Shown: positions 1 through 9,894 of the stretch, in pieces
Layout: every line of letters starts with the position of its first letter
Numbering within the stretch: position 1 is the first letter of the stretch
Source of the DNA: Planctomycetota bacterium
GTDB lineage: Bacteria > Planctomycetota > UBA1135 > UBA2386
Length of the DNA: 48,780 nt
NCBI GenBank assembly: GCA_947501605.1
Contig: CANMWZ010000033.1
Coordinates: 1-48,780 of the forward strand
Direction of reading: 5' to 3'
Notes under the pieces: generated by a model
Seen by the model: the letters and a program-made list of their open reading frames with translations, nothing else
What the model was told of the DNA's origin: nothing
The model's database searches: none
Made by a program: the position numbers and the translations under genes

Positions 1-2
1 CC

Positions 3-377
3 CCGCGCAGTCGCTACGTCGCCGACCTCGTCGGCGTCAACCTCGTGCGCGGCACCTGCCGCGACGGGGTCATCACGACCGAGAACGGCGGCACCCTGCG
101 CGTGGCCCACCGCGGCGAGGGCGCCGTGCTCGCAACCGTGCACCCGCGCGCGATCTCCTTGTTCCAGGAGCGGCCGAGCGGCTCGCCGCGCAACGTCTGG
201 CAAGCAGCAGTCACTGCCGTCGAACCGGCAGTCGATTGCCTGCGCGTGCGCTTCGACGGCCCTTTCCCGCTCGTCGCCGAGATCACCGACAGCGCCCGCC
301 GCGAACTCGGCATCGAGGTCGGAGCGAGACTGTGGCTGGCGCTGAAGGCCACCGAGATCAGCGTCAGCGAGGCGTAG
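3..377 (+). CDS. ABC transporter ATP-binding protein, C-terminal TOBE domain (ModC-like), 5' truncated by window
   Basis: Frame open from base 3: PRSRYVADLVGVNL...GSPRNVW...LVAEITDSARRELGIEVGARLWLALKATEI, typical of molybdate ABC ATPase C-termini. Confidence 0.8.
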   Translation, partial: PRSRYVADLVGVNLVRGTCRDGVITTENGGTLRVAHRGEGAVLATVHPRAISLFQERPSGSPRNVWQAAVTAVEPAVDCLRVRFDGPFPLVAEITDSARRELGIEVGARLWLALKATEISVSEA

Positions 378-452
378 CGAGATCGCCGTCTGCGCAGGAA
401 GCCTGCAAGCTCGACCCCAGAGTTGGGGACCGGTCCTTCAGCCTCCGCAGCC

Positions 453-1073
453 CTACCGCCCGTCGAAGAACTCGCGCACGGGCGCTGCCGCGCGAAGCAC
501 CTTCCGCAGCGTCCGCGCGTAGTCCACCGCCGCGCGATGGTCCTGGTCCCAGTCCCGTTCGGGCGGGGTCGGTGGCAACTCGACGTGCACTCGCTTGGTG
601 CGCAACCCCGTGCGGAAGTCGACGAGGAACAGGTTGCCGTCGGCAGGGGCGACCTCGTTGCCGGCGACGCGCACGGCGCATTCGACGTCGTCTCCTCGGG
701 GTGTGCGACGGGCATCGATCTGCCAATGCATCGCTTCGTCGCCGACCTCGGCTTCATGGACGCTCTTCGCGACCCGCCCGTCGCTCTCGCAGCTGTGGCT
801 GTAGCGCGTGCGGCCGGCGACCCCGAGTTCGGGCTCCGAGATCAGGTACACATGCACGATCTTCGGCCTTGTCTCGCCGATGCGCACCACGCTGAAGCCG
901 GCTCGACACCCGTCCTCGCCGCCGCAGTCGACGTGCTGGAGGGAGAGTCCGTCGACCATGCTCCCCTGGGACTCGGTGATGGTCGACTCGGTGCACCCGG
1001 TGGGGATCGTCCCGAGCAACAGGGAGACGCACGCGGCGATTCGCGAGGGGAACGAGGAGCGGCGGTGTGGCAT
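453..1073 (-). CDS. Hypothetical exported protein / possible lipoprotein
   Basis: ATG at 1073, basic then hydrophobic N-terminus (RIAACVSLLLGTIPTGC); fills gap downstream of acr3; no family recognised. Confidence 0.55.
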   Translation of the reverse strand: MPHRRSSFPSRIAACVSLLLGTIPTGCTESTITESQGSMVDGLSLQHVDCGGEDGCRAGFSVVRIGETRPKIVHVYLISEPELGVAGRTRYSHSCESDGRVAKSVHEAEVGDEAMHWQIDARRTPRGDDVECAVRVAGNEVAPADGNLFLVDFRTGLRTKRVHVELPPTPPERDWDQDHRAAVDYARTLRKVLRAAAPVREFFDGR

Positions 1074-1160
1074 GGAACTCCGTGACGAGTGGACGTCGAG
1101 TCTATTGGCAACTCGGAGAGTTCGCAGGTCGACGTCAGTCCGAAGCCCTTCCCGCACCGC

Positions 1161-2180
1161 TCAAGCCGGGAACCAGTGCCGCGTGCGATTGGCGAACCAC
1201 ACCAGCGACAGCATCACGGGGACTTCGATCAACACCCCGACGACCGTCGCCATCGCCGCACCCGACGACAACCCGAACAGCCCGATCGCGACGGCAACCG
1301 CCAGCTCGAAGAAGTTGGATGTGCCGATCAGCGCCGCGGGGGCCGCGATCGGGAACGGCAACCGCAGCCACTTCGCTGCCAGGTAGGTGATCGCGAAGAT
1401 GCCGTAGCTCTGCAGCACGAGCGGCGCGGCGATCATCGCCACGCGTTCCGGACGAGCGAGCAGCAGTTCGCTCTGGAACGCGAACAGCAAGACCACGGTC
1501 GCGAGCAGGCCGGTGATCGACCAAGGCTTCAACGCAGCAGTCCGCGCCGCCACCGCCGCGGGGCCGCCGCGACGCAGGAGGCGTTTCCGCGTCCACACGC
1601 CGGCGAGGAACGGCACCACGACGAACAGGCCGACCGAGACCAGCAGCGTCGTCCACGGCACCACGACGTCACTGACGCCGAGCAAGAACGCGGCGATCGG
1701 CGCGAACGCGACGATCATGACCAGGTCGTTCACCGTCACCTGGACCAACGTGTAGGCCGCGTCGCCCTTCGTCAGCTGGCTCCACACGAACACCATCGCC
1801 GTGCACGGCGCGACGCCGAGCAGGATCATGCCGGCCATGTACTGCGTCGCGTCCGCCTCGGGCAGAAGGTCCACGAACAGGACGCGGAAGAACAGCGCGG
1901 CGAGCGCAGCCATCGTGAACGGCTTCACCAGCCAGTTGACGACCAGGGTCAGCACGAGACCCTTCGGCCGACGCCCGACATCGGCGATGCAGCTCGGTTC
2001 GATCGCGAGCATCATCGGGTAGATCATCACCCAGACGAGGACCGCGACCGGAAGGTTGATGCTCGCGACCTCGAGCTCGGCGACGAACGCAACCAGACCC
2101 GGTGCGACGCGCGACAGCAGGACGCCGGCAGCGATCGAGAGGGCGACCCAGAGCGACAGGAACCGTTCGAAAACACCCAT
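1161..2180 (-). CDS. acr3: ACR3-family arsenite efflux transporter
   Basis: [62 protein letters not shown] motifs; highly hydrophobic. Confidence 0.96.
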   Translation of the reverse strand: MGVFERFLSLWVALSIAAGVLLSRVAPGLVAFVAELEVASINLPVAVLVWVMIYPMMLAIEPSCIADVGRRPKGLVLTLVVNWLVKPFTMAALAALFFRVLFVDLLPEADATQYMAGMILLGVAPCTAMVFVWSQLTKGDAAYTLVQVTVNDLVMIVAFAPIAAFLLGVSDVVVPWTTLLVSVGLFVVVPFLAGVWTRKRLLRRGGPAAVAARTAALKPWSITGLLATVVLLFAFQSELLLARPERVAMIAAPLVLQSYGIFAITYLAAKWLRLPFPIAAPAALIGTSNFFELAVAVAIGLFGLSSGAAMATVVGVLIEVPVMLSLVWFANRTRHWFPA

Positions 2181-2185
2181 AGCGG

Positions 2186-3127
2186 CTATTGCTGCTGCGT
2201 GCGCAGGGCTTCACGGAGACTCTCGTGCTGCGACCGCACGACGCTCTCGAAACTGCCGTAGGCGGGATTCGGGACCAGGATCCAACGCTGCCCCCAGAAG
2301 TCGGCGAGGTCGTCGACCAAGCGCTCGCGCGAACGTTCCACGGCAGCGCCTTCCACGGCTCGGCCCTGCGGCGCATCGTTCTTGCGCGGGTCGACGCCCG
2401 GAGCGAAATCGCCGAGGTTGTCCCCGACGAGTTGCAGGATGCGGAAGCGCTCGGCGACCACGCGCCGGCGCGCCGACTTGTCGCCGTGTTCGCCCGCGGT
2501 GAGCACGACATCGAAGCCGTCGCGTTCGTCGATCGGGAACCCGAGCTTCCGCAGATTGCTGCGGGTGTCGGACTCTTCCGTGCTCCCGCGCTCCTTGTCG
2601 TCGGAATCGCTGCGGCGATTGGTGACGTAGACCACGCGGATGCCGAGTTCGTTGGCGCGCAGAGTGTAGGCCAGTGCACCCGGCAACGCGGCAGCCTGCT
2701 GTTCGTGCACCCACTTCGCCCACGACTCCGACTCGAACGGCTTGCTCTCGAGGATCCGTCGCGCCGCGTAGGCGGTGTTGTCGAGCACGGTCTCGTCGAC
2801 GTCGAGCACGACGGCGAGAGGCAGGTTGCGGTAGACCTCGGCAGCGCCCTGCTCGAGGCACGCGGTCCAGAGATCGTCGTGGACCGCGTCCTCCAGCGAA
2901 CGCGACGCCGAACGAAACGCCTGGAGGCAGGCGGCGCGATATTCGGCACTGCGCTGCATCCAGACCACGGCCAAGGTCTGGTCGTGAGCTTTCGGGCTCT
3001 CTGCCTCGGCGGCCACGACGACCTCGGCAGCCTGTTCGGTCTTGGTCGTCGCCTGCGCGCGAGCGTCGGCAGTGACGGCGAGGAGGAGGACGGTGGGGAT
3101 CCACGTTGCAGCACTGGCGATGCGCAT
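2186..3127 (-). CDS. Secreted class C acid phosphatase / 5'-nucleotidase e(P4)-like (HAD superfamily)
   Basis: Signal peptide; [40 protein letters not shown] motifs. Confidence 0.9.
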   Translation of the reverse strand: MRIASAATWIPTVLLLAVTADARAQATTKTEQAAEVVVAAEAESPKAHDQTLAVVWMQRSAEYRAACLQAFRSASRSLEDAVHDDLWTACLEQGAAEVYRNLPLAVVLDVDETVLDNTAYAARRILESKPFESESWAKWVHEQQAAALPGALAYTLRANELGIRVVYVTNRRSDSDDKERGSTEESDTRSNLRKLGFPIDERDGFDVVLTAGEHGDKSARRRVVAERFRILQLVGDNLGDFAPGVDPRKNDAPQGRAVEGAAVERSRERLVDDLADFWGQRWILVPNPAYGSFESVVRSQHESLREALRTQQQ

Positions 3128-3256
3128 GCGCGGATGCTGGGAGATCGCCCGAGTGGTGTAAAGCGCGCCCTGGCAGAGAGCCGCGCTCCAATCGTCGGTG
3201 CCACCATTCGCGGCCGACCCCGTAGCACTGCGTAGTCGCGGGGGGACATCGGAACC

Positions 3257-3284
3257 TTGTGAGCACCGCGTCCTGGCCTATCGT
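3257..3284 (+). promoter_or_regulatory. Putative sigma-70 promoter of arsR (TTGTGA-N16-TATCGT)
   Basis: Consensus-like hexamers; the -10 overlaps the palindrome and lies 9 nt before the ATG at 3294. Confidence 0.4.
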
Positions 3285-3295
3285 CATTCGACGAT
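3280..3295. promoter_or_regulatory. Putative ArsR operator 1 (ATCGTC-ATTC-GACGAT)
   Basis: Perfect 6-4-6 inverted repeat overlapping the arsR start; repeated before arsM. Confidence 0.7.
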
Positions 3296-3635
3296 GACTC
3301 CATCCAGGACCGCTACCCGATCGACTGCTGGCGAGGACGCGCCGGACCTTCGCCCCGTCGAAGGCGGCAAGGCCGATGCCGAACTGGCGCTGCTGACGAA
3401 GGCGCTCGGCCACCCCGCGCGCGTCCGCATCATCCGTCTGCTGGCGCGCCTCTCCGGCTGCGTCTGCGGCGCGATCGTCGACGAGGTCGGCCTCGCCCAA
3501 TCGACCGTCTCCCAGCACCTCAAGGTGTTGAAGGACGCCGGCCTGATCCGCGGCGACATCGATGGCCCGCGCACGTGCTACTGCCTCGACCCACAGACCC
3601 TTCGCCGCTTCAAGGCACTCGTCGGGAGCCTCTGA
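3294..3635 (+). CDS. arsR: ArsR/SmtB metalloregulator
   Basis: [42 protein letters not shown]; ars context. Confidence 0.93.
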   Translation: MTPSRTATRSTAGEDAPDLRPVEGGKADAELALLTKALGHPARVRIIRLLARLSGCVCGAIVDEVGLAQSTVSQHLKVLKDAGLIRGDIDGPRTCYCLDPQTLRRFKALVGSL

Positions 3636-3655
3636 CGATCGTCGAACGACGATCG
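3636..3655. promoter_or_regulatory. Putative ArsR operator 2 (CGATCGTC-GAAC-GACGATCG)
   Basis: 8-4-8 inverted repeat with the same core as operator 1, between arsR and arsM. Confidence 0.65.
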
Positions 3656-3702
3656 CAGTCCCGCCCACAATCCCGGTTCGAACACCCACCCACGAGACTG
3701 AC

Positions 3703-4506
3703 ATGACCACCGACAAGAACACCGACGTCCGCGACTCCGTTCGCACCCACTACGCCGCGATCAGCACCTCGACGGGCAGCTGCGCGCCTGGTTGCTGCGG
3801 CAGCAACCCCGACGCGTCGCTGGCTCTCGGCTACTCCGAGACCGAACTCGCCGCGCTGCCCGATGGTGCCAACCTCGGCCTCGGCTGCGGCAATCCGACG
3901 GCGATCGCAGCGCTCTCGCCCGGCGAGCGCGTGCTCGACCTCGGCAGCGGTGGCGGCATCGACTGCTTCCTCGCGGCGAAGCGCGTCGGAGCCAAGGGCA
4001 AGGTCATCGGTGTCGACATGACGCCGGAGATGCTCCAGCGCGCGCGCGCAGCCGCTCAGCGGATGAAGGTCAAGAACGTCGAGTTCCGTCTCGGCGAGAT
4101 CGAACACTTGCCGCTCGCTGACGGCAGCGTCGACGTGATCCTGTCGAACTGCGTCATCAACCTGTCGCCGGACAAGGGGCAGGTGTTTCGCGAGGCCTTC
4201 CGTGTGCTCAGCAAGGGCGGTCGTCTGGCGATCTCGGATGTCGTCGCGACGACATCCATGCCCGCGGCCTTGAAGGCTCATGGCTCGGCCCTTTCGGGCT
4301 GCGTATCGGGCGCCGCAACGGTCGCGGACATCCAAACCATGTTGCAGGCCGCTGGCTTCACGAATGTGCGCATCGACGTGAAGCTCGAGAGCCGCGCTTT
4401 CATCAAGGACTGGCTACCCGGCACCGGCGCCGAGAACGTCGTCGCTGCAGCGGTGATCGAGGCGAGGAAGCCTCTCGGTTCCTGCTGCCCACCCGACTGC
4501 TGCTGA
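3703..4506 (+). CDS. arsM: Arsenite S-adenosylmethionine methyltransferase
   Basis: GCC, LGLGCGNP, VLDLGSGGGIDC, SNCVINLSPDK, SGCVSGA; C-terminal CC pairs. Confidence 0.93.
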   Translation: MTTDKNTDVRDSVRTHYAAISTSTGSCAPGCCGSNPDASLALGYSETELAALPDGANLGLGCGNPTAIAALSPGERVLDLGSGGGIDCFLAAKRVGAKGKVIGVDMTPEMLQRARAAAQRMKVKNVEFRLGEIEHLPLADGSVDVILSNCVINLSPDKGQVFREAFRVLSKGGRLAISDVVATTSMPAALKAHGSALSGCVSGAATVADIQTMLQAAGFTNVRIDVKLESRAFIKDWLPGTGAENVVAAAVIEARKPLGSCCPPDCC

Positions 4507-4590
4507 GCCGCGCGGAACGCAGCCGCGATTCGGGTCGATGTGAGAACTGCACCTTGCTCGCCCCGCCGTCGTCCGTACCGTGGCCCAGCG

Positions 4591-5400
4591 ATGCGTGCGA
4601 TCCCGATCTGTCTGGCTGCGATGCTGACTGCGTGCGGCTCGTTTCCGATCACGTCCGAACCGCTGCTGCAGTTCTCGCCCTACCTCGCCAAGTACCGACT
4701 GCGCGGCGACGTCGCGATGCAGAACGACCCAGGCACGGGGATCGAGAACAACGCCGCGCAATCGACCGACACGTTCGGTCTCGGCGACTACGAGGATGAC
4801 CTCGGTCTGCGCTTCGACCTCGGGGATGGATTTGGCGGTCTCCGGCTCGACTACTACCACCTCGACATGAGCACCTCGACCAGCGGGCAGCTCGGCGATG
4901 ACTTTGGCGCCCTGATCGCCGGCGACGTGGCGCGGATGCGTGCGGGCATGGACGAATGGCGCCTCGCGTTTTTGCAGTCGGTGTGGAACGTCGATGCCAG
5001 TTACCGCGGAACCCCCGTCGAGTTCAAGCTGGCCGTCGGCGGTGCCTGGGCCAATCGCGACCTCTCGATGCGGGTGACCACCACCGACGGCTTGCGCACC
5101 CAGGGCGTCGACCCGAGTGGCGACGCCTTCTACCTGGCTTCGCGCTTTCGAGCCAAGGTCCGCCAGGTCTCGCTCGACCTCGACTACGCGATCTGCCCGA
5201 GCCTCACGACGGGCGACTTCGACGGCACGCAACACGACATCGAAGCGCGCTTCTCCTATGCGGTGCCGTTCCAGGACGTGACCATGTTCGCCGGCTATCG
5301 CTATTCGGTACTGAGGGCAGAAGGCGATCAGGACGGCTTTGGCTGGCAGTCCGATCTGCGCGTCGATGGCGTGCAACTCGGCGTCACGGTCACGTTCTGA
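4591..5400 (+). CDS. Putative outer-membrane beta-barrel protein with lipobox
   Basis: LTAC lipobox; alternating beta-strand pattern, AGYRY, C-terminal GVQLGVTVTF ending in Phe. Confidence 0.7.
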   Translation: MRAIPICLAAMLTACGSFPITSEPLLQFSPYLAKYRLRGDVAMQNDPGTGIENNAAQSTDTFGLGDYEDDLGLRFDLGDGFGGLRLDYYHLDMSTSTSGQLGDDFGALIAGDVARMRAGMDEWRLAFLQSVWNVDASYRGTPVEFKLAVGGAWANRDLSMRVTTTDGLRTQGVDPSGDAFYLASRFRAKVRQVSLDLDYAICPSLTTGDFDGTQHDIEARFSYAVPFQDVTMFAGYRYSVLRAEGDQDGFGWQSDLRVDGVQLGVTVTF

Positions 5401-5413
5401 ACGCGCGCGCCGA

Positions 5414-6724
5414 TCAGCCGACGTAGGGATCGGCGGCGATGGCCGGCAGCGACTGCAAGTCAACCGTGAGGTCCGAGCCCGGTCGCACGAACACCATCTG
5501 CACGACCGAGAGGTAACGTTCTGCGAATCCACCCTCGCAGTAGGCGAGATACCACTCCCAGGTACGGAGCAGCTGTTCGGAGTAACCGGCAGCAAGCACC
5601 GCCGCCTTGTTCTTCAGCAGCAGCAGGCGCCACTGCCGCAGTGTTTCGGCGTAGTGCCGCGCGAAGTCCTCGAGGTGAACCAAGCGGAGGTCCGAGCCCT
5701 TGGTCGCAGCATCGACCAAGGCGGTCACTGAGGGGATGAAGCTGCCCGGGAACACGTAGCGCTTGATGAAGTCCACGTGCTTCAGCGCCGCTCCATACTG
5801 CTGGTCTTGGATCGTGATGGCTTGCATCGCCATCGAACCGCCTGCGCGCAACAACGCACTGCAGCGACCGAAGAAGGCGGGCAAGAACCGATGGCCGACG
5901 GCTTCGACCATCTCGCAGTTCACCAACTTGTCGAAGGTACCCTGCAGATTGCGATAGTCCTGGTCGACCAGAGCGATGCGTTCCTTCAGGTCGGCTGCGG
6001 CAAATCGATCCGCCGCCGATCGGAACTGCCGGACGCTGATGGTCGTGGTGGTGACCTTGGCGCCAAACTGGCCGGCCGCACAGAGCGCCATGCTGCCCCA
6101 GCCGGTGCCAATCTCCAGGAGATGGTCCTGCGACGACAACGCGAGCTTCTGGCACAAGCGACGCAGCTTGTTCTGCTGCCCATGCTCGAGGTCGCCGGAT
6201 GCCGTCTTTGTCGCCGCGAAGACCGCCGACGAGTAGGTCATGCTCGGATCGAGGAAGGCGGCGAAGAAGTCGTTGCCGAGGTCGTAGTGCGCGGCAATGT
6301 TGCGCCGCGATCCGGACACCGAGTTCGGCCGCATCGCGTGCCAGAGTTTGAGCAGCGGCGCAAACAACGAACCGAGGCCGCGCTCGCACGCATCGAGCAC
6401 CGCTCGGTCGCGCAGCATGATGCGCACGACGCGCGCCGGGTCGTCGCTGTGCCAATACCCTTGCGAAAAGGCCTCTCCGGCCCCCAACGCGCCACGCAGC
6501 GCGATCGCACTCCAGAACCGGCCATCGCGAACCTCGATGTGGGCCGCGCCGAGGTCAGCGTCCTTCTGGCCGCACGTGGTATCGCCGCCGGCAGCAGGGC
6601 CCGAGAGCACGAGCGCACCATTCTGCAACGTACGCAAACGCTCGATCACGCGGTCGCGCAACAGTCGTTGAAAGAAGGGGAGCCGCGCGCGCGCGCCGGC
6701 AGCCGTCATCGTCGTCGTGGTCAT
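5414..6724 (-). CDS. cfa: Cyclopropane-fatty-acyl-phospholipid synthase family methyltransferase (UfaM/CfaS-like)
   Basis: NIAAHYDLGNDFF, MTYSSA, LLEIGTGWG, EMVEAVG, FIKRYVFPG, YLAYCEGGF; ATGA overlap with DUF1365 gene. Confidence 0.92.
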   Translation of the reverse strand: MTTTTMTAAGARARLPFFQRLLRDRVIERLRTLQNGALVLSGPAAGGDTTCGQKDADLGAAHIEVRDGRFWSAIALRGALGAGEAFSQGYWHSDDPARVVRIMLRDRAVLDACERGLGSLFAPLLKLWHAMRPNSVSGSRRNIAAHYDLGNDFFAAFLDPSMTYSSAVFAATKTASGDLEHGQQNKLRRLCQKLALSSQDHLLEIGTGWGSMALCAAGQFGAKVTTTTISVRQFRSAADRFAAADLKERIALVDQDYRNLQGTFDKLVNCEMVEAVGHRFLPAFFGRCSALLRAGGSMAMQAITIQDQQYGAALKHVDFIKRYVFPGSFIPSVTALVDAATKGSDLRLVHLEDFARHYAETLRQWRLLLLKNKAAVLAAGYSEQLLRTWEWYLAYCEGGFAERYLSVVQMVFVRPGSDLTVDLQSLPAIAADPYVG

Positions 6725-7497
6725 GCTGCTGCCTTGCGCTTGCTCGGGTGCGAATGGAACCGCGCTCCCTTCCACCATAGTTTCAGAGCGTTGAGATGGA
6801 TGGCGAGAATGACCTTCAAGGTCGTCCACGGGTAGTGAAACCGGAGTCGCCGAAGATTCGCTTTCGTGAACTCGCTGCGCTGCATGTGCAACTCGGCGTC
6901 GAACACGATCACACCGCGTTCGCGGTTGTGCATCTGCACCGCGAGCGTCTCGCCTGGCGTCGTGAAACTCCACTCGTAGGTCTGCTCCATCGGCTGGAAC
7001 GGGCTCACATGGAACCGCTTGTCCATGACCGCACTCGCACCATCACCGTTTGCCGGCGTGAAGTAACGGAAGCGCTCGCCCCACGGTGTGTTGGTGATTT
7101 CCGCCAGCACGCCCTGCAGACCACCGTCGCTGCGAAAGCAGTAGTAGAAGGTCACCGGGTTGAAGACATAGCCAAACGTGCGCAGGCTGGTAAGCATGCG
7201 CACTGGGCCGGTTGGACGTTGGCCCGAGAGGCGTTCCACCTCGTCGCCGACGGCGACCGCGAGCGGGACCGAGGCCGGCCCCAGGTAGTCGGAGCGGGCG
7301 TAGCGCATGGGCTTCCACCACTTCGCTTGCAACACCGCACCGTCGCTGACGAGCGCATCGATTTCGTCCAAGTCGAGGCAGACGAAGAACAGGCGATAAC
7401 CAAACGAGTGCCCGGTCACGTCGCGACGACGATGCTGCACCCGCCCCTCGTAGAGCGAACTGCGCAGCAGCGGCAGGGCGTCGGTGCGACGGCTCAC
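6721..7497 (-). CDS. DUF1365 family protein (UfaO-like)
   Basis: LYEGRVQHRR, FGYVFNPVTFYYC, AEITNTPWGE, KRFHVSPF, ALKLWWKG. Confidence 0.92.
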   Translation of the reverse strand: MSRRTDALPLLRSSLYEGRVQHRRRDVTGHSFGYRLFFVCLDLDEIDALVSDGAVLQAKWWKPMRYARSDYLGPASVPLAVAVGDEVERLSGQRPTGPVRMLTSLRTFGYVFNPVTFYYCFRSDGGLQGVLAEITNTPWGERFRYFTPANGDGASAVMDKRFHVSPFQPMEQTYEWSFTTPGETLAVQMHNRERGVIVFDAELHMQRSEFTKANLRRLRFHYPWTTLKVILAIHLNALKLWWKGARFHSHPSKRKAAA

Positions 7498-8834
7498 GAT
7501 GCGATCTCCGCCGATGGCGGCGTCGACGCCCCGAGGTGCCGAAGCGAGAGATCATAGTCCTGGGTCACTGCGAGGGCGCTTTGCACGCCGTCCTCGTGGA
7601 AGCCGTTGCCACACCAAGCACCGCAGAACCACACCCGCCCGCTCCCTTGGAGTGCTGGCAGACGTTGCTGTGCCGACACTGCCGCACGGTCGAAAATCGG
7701 ATGGTCGTAGACGAACTTGCGCAGGATGCGCGCCGGGTCGATCGCCGAGGTCTGGTTGAGGGTGACGACGAACGTCGGGTGTCCGGGCCGCTCGGCGGCG
7801 GACGGCAAGCCCTGCAGGTGATTCATGCAATAGCTGACTGCGACCCGCTCCTGCGCCTGCAGGGGCAGTCGGTAGTTCCAAGCCGCCCACGCCAGCTTGC
7901 GATCGGGCAACAACCGTTCATCGGTGTGCAGGACCACGTCATTCTGCTGGTAGCGCACGGCTGCGAGCACCGAACGCTCGTCCGCACTGGCGTCCCGCAG
8001 GAGGCGCAAGGCCTGGTCGCTGTGCGTCGCGAGCACGACGGCGTCAAACTCGCGCAAGTCGTGCCCTGCAACCTCGACGCGCACCCCATTCTGCGTACGC
8101 ACGACGCCCTGCACGGGTTGCGCGAGCTGGACGCGATCGCGGAACGGCGCGGCCAGCGGTGCAAGGTAGCTCCGGGACCCGCCGGTGATCGTGCGCCACT
8201 GCGGGCGGCCATCCACTTGCAGCATGCCATGGTGCTGGAAGAACCGGATCAGGAAGCGCGCCGGCATCGCCAGGATCGACTGCGGTTCTGCTGACCAGAT
8301 CGCGGCCGCCATCGGCACGAGGTAGTGGTCCACGAAGGCGCGGCCGTAGCGCCCGCGCTGGAGAACTTCGCCGAGGCTCGGATCGGCGGCGCTCGCGAGC
8401 AACGGTTCCGCCGCGCGTTGGAATCGAAGGATGTCGCGGATCATGCCCCAGAACGACGGCCGCAGCAGGTTGCGCCGTTGGGCGAACAACTGGTTCAGCG
8501 ACGTGCCGCAGTACTCCAAGCGGGTGCGCTCGCAGTGGACCGAGAAGCTCATGGTCGTCGGCTGGCTCTCGACGCCAAGATGCGTGAGCAGCTGGACGAA
8601 GCCCGGATAGTTGCGCTCATTGAAGACGATGAAGCCGGTGTCGATCGCGTAGGGCTTCCCTGCGACCTCGACATCCACGGTGTGCGTATGGCCGCCGATG
8701 CGCGCTTCCGCTTCGAAGACCGTGACGTCATGACGGGTGTGCAGCAAGCGGGCCGCCAGCAGCCCGCTGATGCCGGTGCCGATGACGGCAATTCGACGTC
8801 GTCCGGCGCCGAGTCGCTCGGCCGCGCGCGTCAC
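7494..8834 (-). CDS. FAD-dependent oxidoreductase (COG2907, UfaD-like)
   Basis: IAVIGTGISGL, GGHTHT, DTGFIVFNERNYP, AWAAWNY, GFHEDG. Confidence 0.92.
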   Translation of the reverse strand: MTRAAERLGAGRRRIAVIGTGISGLLAARLLHTRHDVTVFEAEARIGGHTHTVDVEVAGKPYAIDTGFIVFNERNYPGFVQLLTHLGVESQPTTMSFSVHCERTRLEYCGTSLNQLFAQRRNLLRPSFWGMIRDILRFQRAAEPLLASAADPSLGEVLQRGRYGRAFVDHYLVPMAAAIWSAEPQSILAMPARFLIRFFQHHGMLQVDGRPQWRTITGGSRSYLAPLAAPFRDRVQLAQPVQGVVRTQNGVRVEVAGHDLREFDAVVLATHSDQALRLLRDASADERSVLAAVRYQQNDVVLHTDERLLPDRKLAWAAWNYRLPLQAQERVAVSYCMNHLQGLPSAAERPGHPTFVVTLNQTSAIDPARILRKFVYDHPIFDRAAVSAQQRLPALQGSGRVWFCGAWCGNGFHEDGVQSALAVTQDYDLSLRHLGASTPPSAEIAS

Positions 8835-9796
8835 GCGCTGTGCCTCTTCTGGGTCCGAGCTGCGACCGCCTTGGTCACCCGCTCAGGGATCGGTCGCAGT
8901 TGGATCAGGCCCGCGCGAGCCATCGCCCACAGGATGTAGAACGACAGGTCGATCTGCCACCAACGAAAGCCCTGGCGAACGGAGCCCGGACAGAAGTGAT
9001 GGTTGTTGTGCCAGCCCTCACCAAAGGTCAGGACTGCGAGCCAAGGCAGGTTGCGGCTCTGATCGCCGGTTTCGAAGGGCCGCTTGCCGAATAGGTGGCA
9101 GACGCTGTTGACCATCGACGTCACGTGGAATACCAGAGTCGTCGAGATGCAGAAGCCAAACACCACGAGTTGCCAGCCAGACGTCTGCAACCCCGGGGCG
9201 TGGACAGCGAGCACTTCGCCGAGCACATAGAGCAGAACGATCAGACTGAGCGGCGCGGCGATGTCGAAGCGATCGAGCCACCGTAGTTCGGCGTGCGGCG
9301 CGAAGTCAGGAACCTGCTGTAGGTCGGTGTGGAAGTTGCGCCGGGTGGTGAACCAACCGACGTGGCTCCACCAGAAGCGGCCGCCGAGCGGCGAGTGCGC
9401 ATCACCGGCCTCGTCCGAGTAGCGATGGTGGTTGCGATGGTGCGCAGCCCACCACAAGGGCCCACGTTGTGCGGCTGAGGCCGCTGTCCACGCGCCCAAG
9501 AACACGAGCCACCGCGGAGCTTCGTAGGTCCGGTGTGACAGGTAGCGATGGTAGACCGCCGTGATCGCAAACATGCGCACGGCGTAAAGCAGGACGCAGA
9601 CCAGCACGGCGAAGTCGCTGACGCCCGTCCAGATCGCCCCGAAGCAGCCGAGATGGAGGACGAAGAACGGCAGCAGCCGCCCCCACTCGACTCTGTCTTC
9701 GTCTGCGGGCGCGATCGGAAGCCGCACCCGCCGGTCGTTGTCGATCAGCGCCGCGATGGCGGTCACTGCACGAGCGACGGGGGAGCGCTTGGTCAC
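8831..9796 (-). CDS. Acyl-CoA/acyl-lipid (delta-9 type) fatty acid desaturase
   Basis: Three His boxes HRYLSH, HRNHH, HNNHH (GEGWHNNHH); GTG start at 9796 chosen. Confidence 0.93.
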   Translation of the reverse strand: MTKRSPVARAVTAIAALIDNDRRVRLPIAPADEDRVEWGRLLPFFVLHLGCFGAIWTGVSDFAVLVCVLLYAVRMFAITAVYHRYLSHRTYEAPRWLVFLGAWTAASAAQRGPLWWAAHHRNHHRYSDEAGDAHSPLGGRFWWSHVGWFTTRRNFHTDLQQVPDFAPHAELRWLDRFDIAAPLSLIVLLYVLGEVLAVHAPGLQTSGWQLVVFGFCISTTLVFHVTSMVNSVCHLFGKRPFETGDQSRNLPWLAVLTFGEGWHNNHHFCPGSVRQGFRWWQIDLSFYILWAMARAGLIQLRPIPERVTKAVAARTQKRHSA

Positions 9797-9805
9797 CGCG
9801 CGCCC

Positions 9806-9832
9806 TTCGCCGTCAGCCCGGCCGTGGATGCA
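9806..9832 (-). promoter_or_regulatory. Putative ECF promoter TGCATCC-N16-CGAA (desaturase operon)
   Basis: One of four identically spaced copies in this cluster. Confidence 0.8.
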
Positions 9833-9858
9833 CGCACTGGGCGGTAGAGACGCGGAGT

Positions 9859-9885
9859 TGCATCTGCCGCGCACGCAGCTACGAA
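9859..9885 (+). promoter_or_regulatory. Putative ECF promoter TGCATCT-N16-CGAA (DUF1295-methyltransferase operon)
   Basis: One of four identically spaced copies. Confidence 0.78.
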
Positions 9886-9894
9886 AGCGCGCCC

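Noticed and set aside
1669..3746. 544- and 511-aa minus-strand ORFs across the ars cluster
   Set aside because: Arg/Pro/Ser-rich alternate frames overlapping acr3, the phosphatase and arsR.
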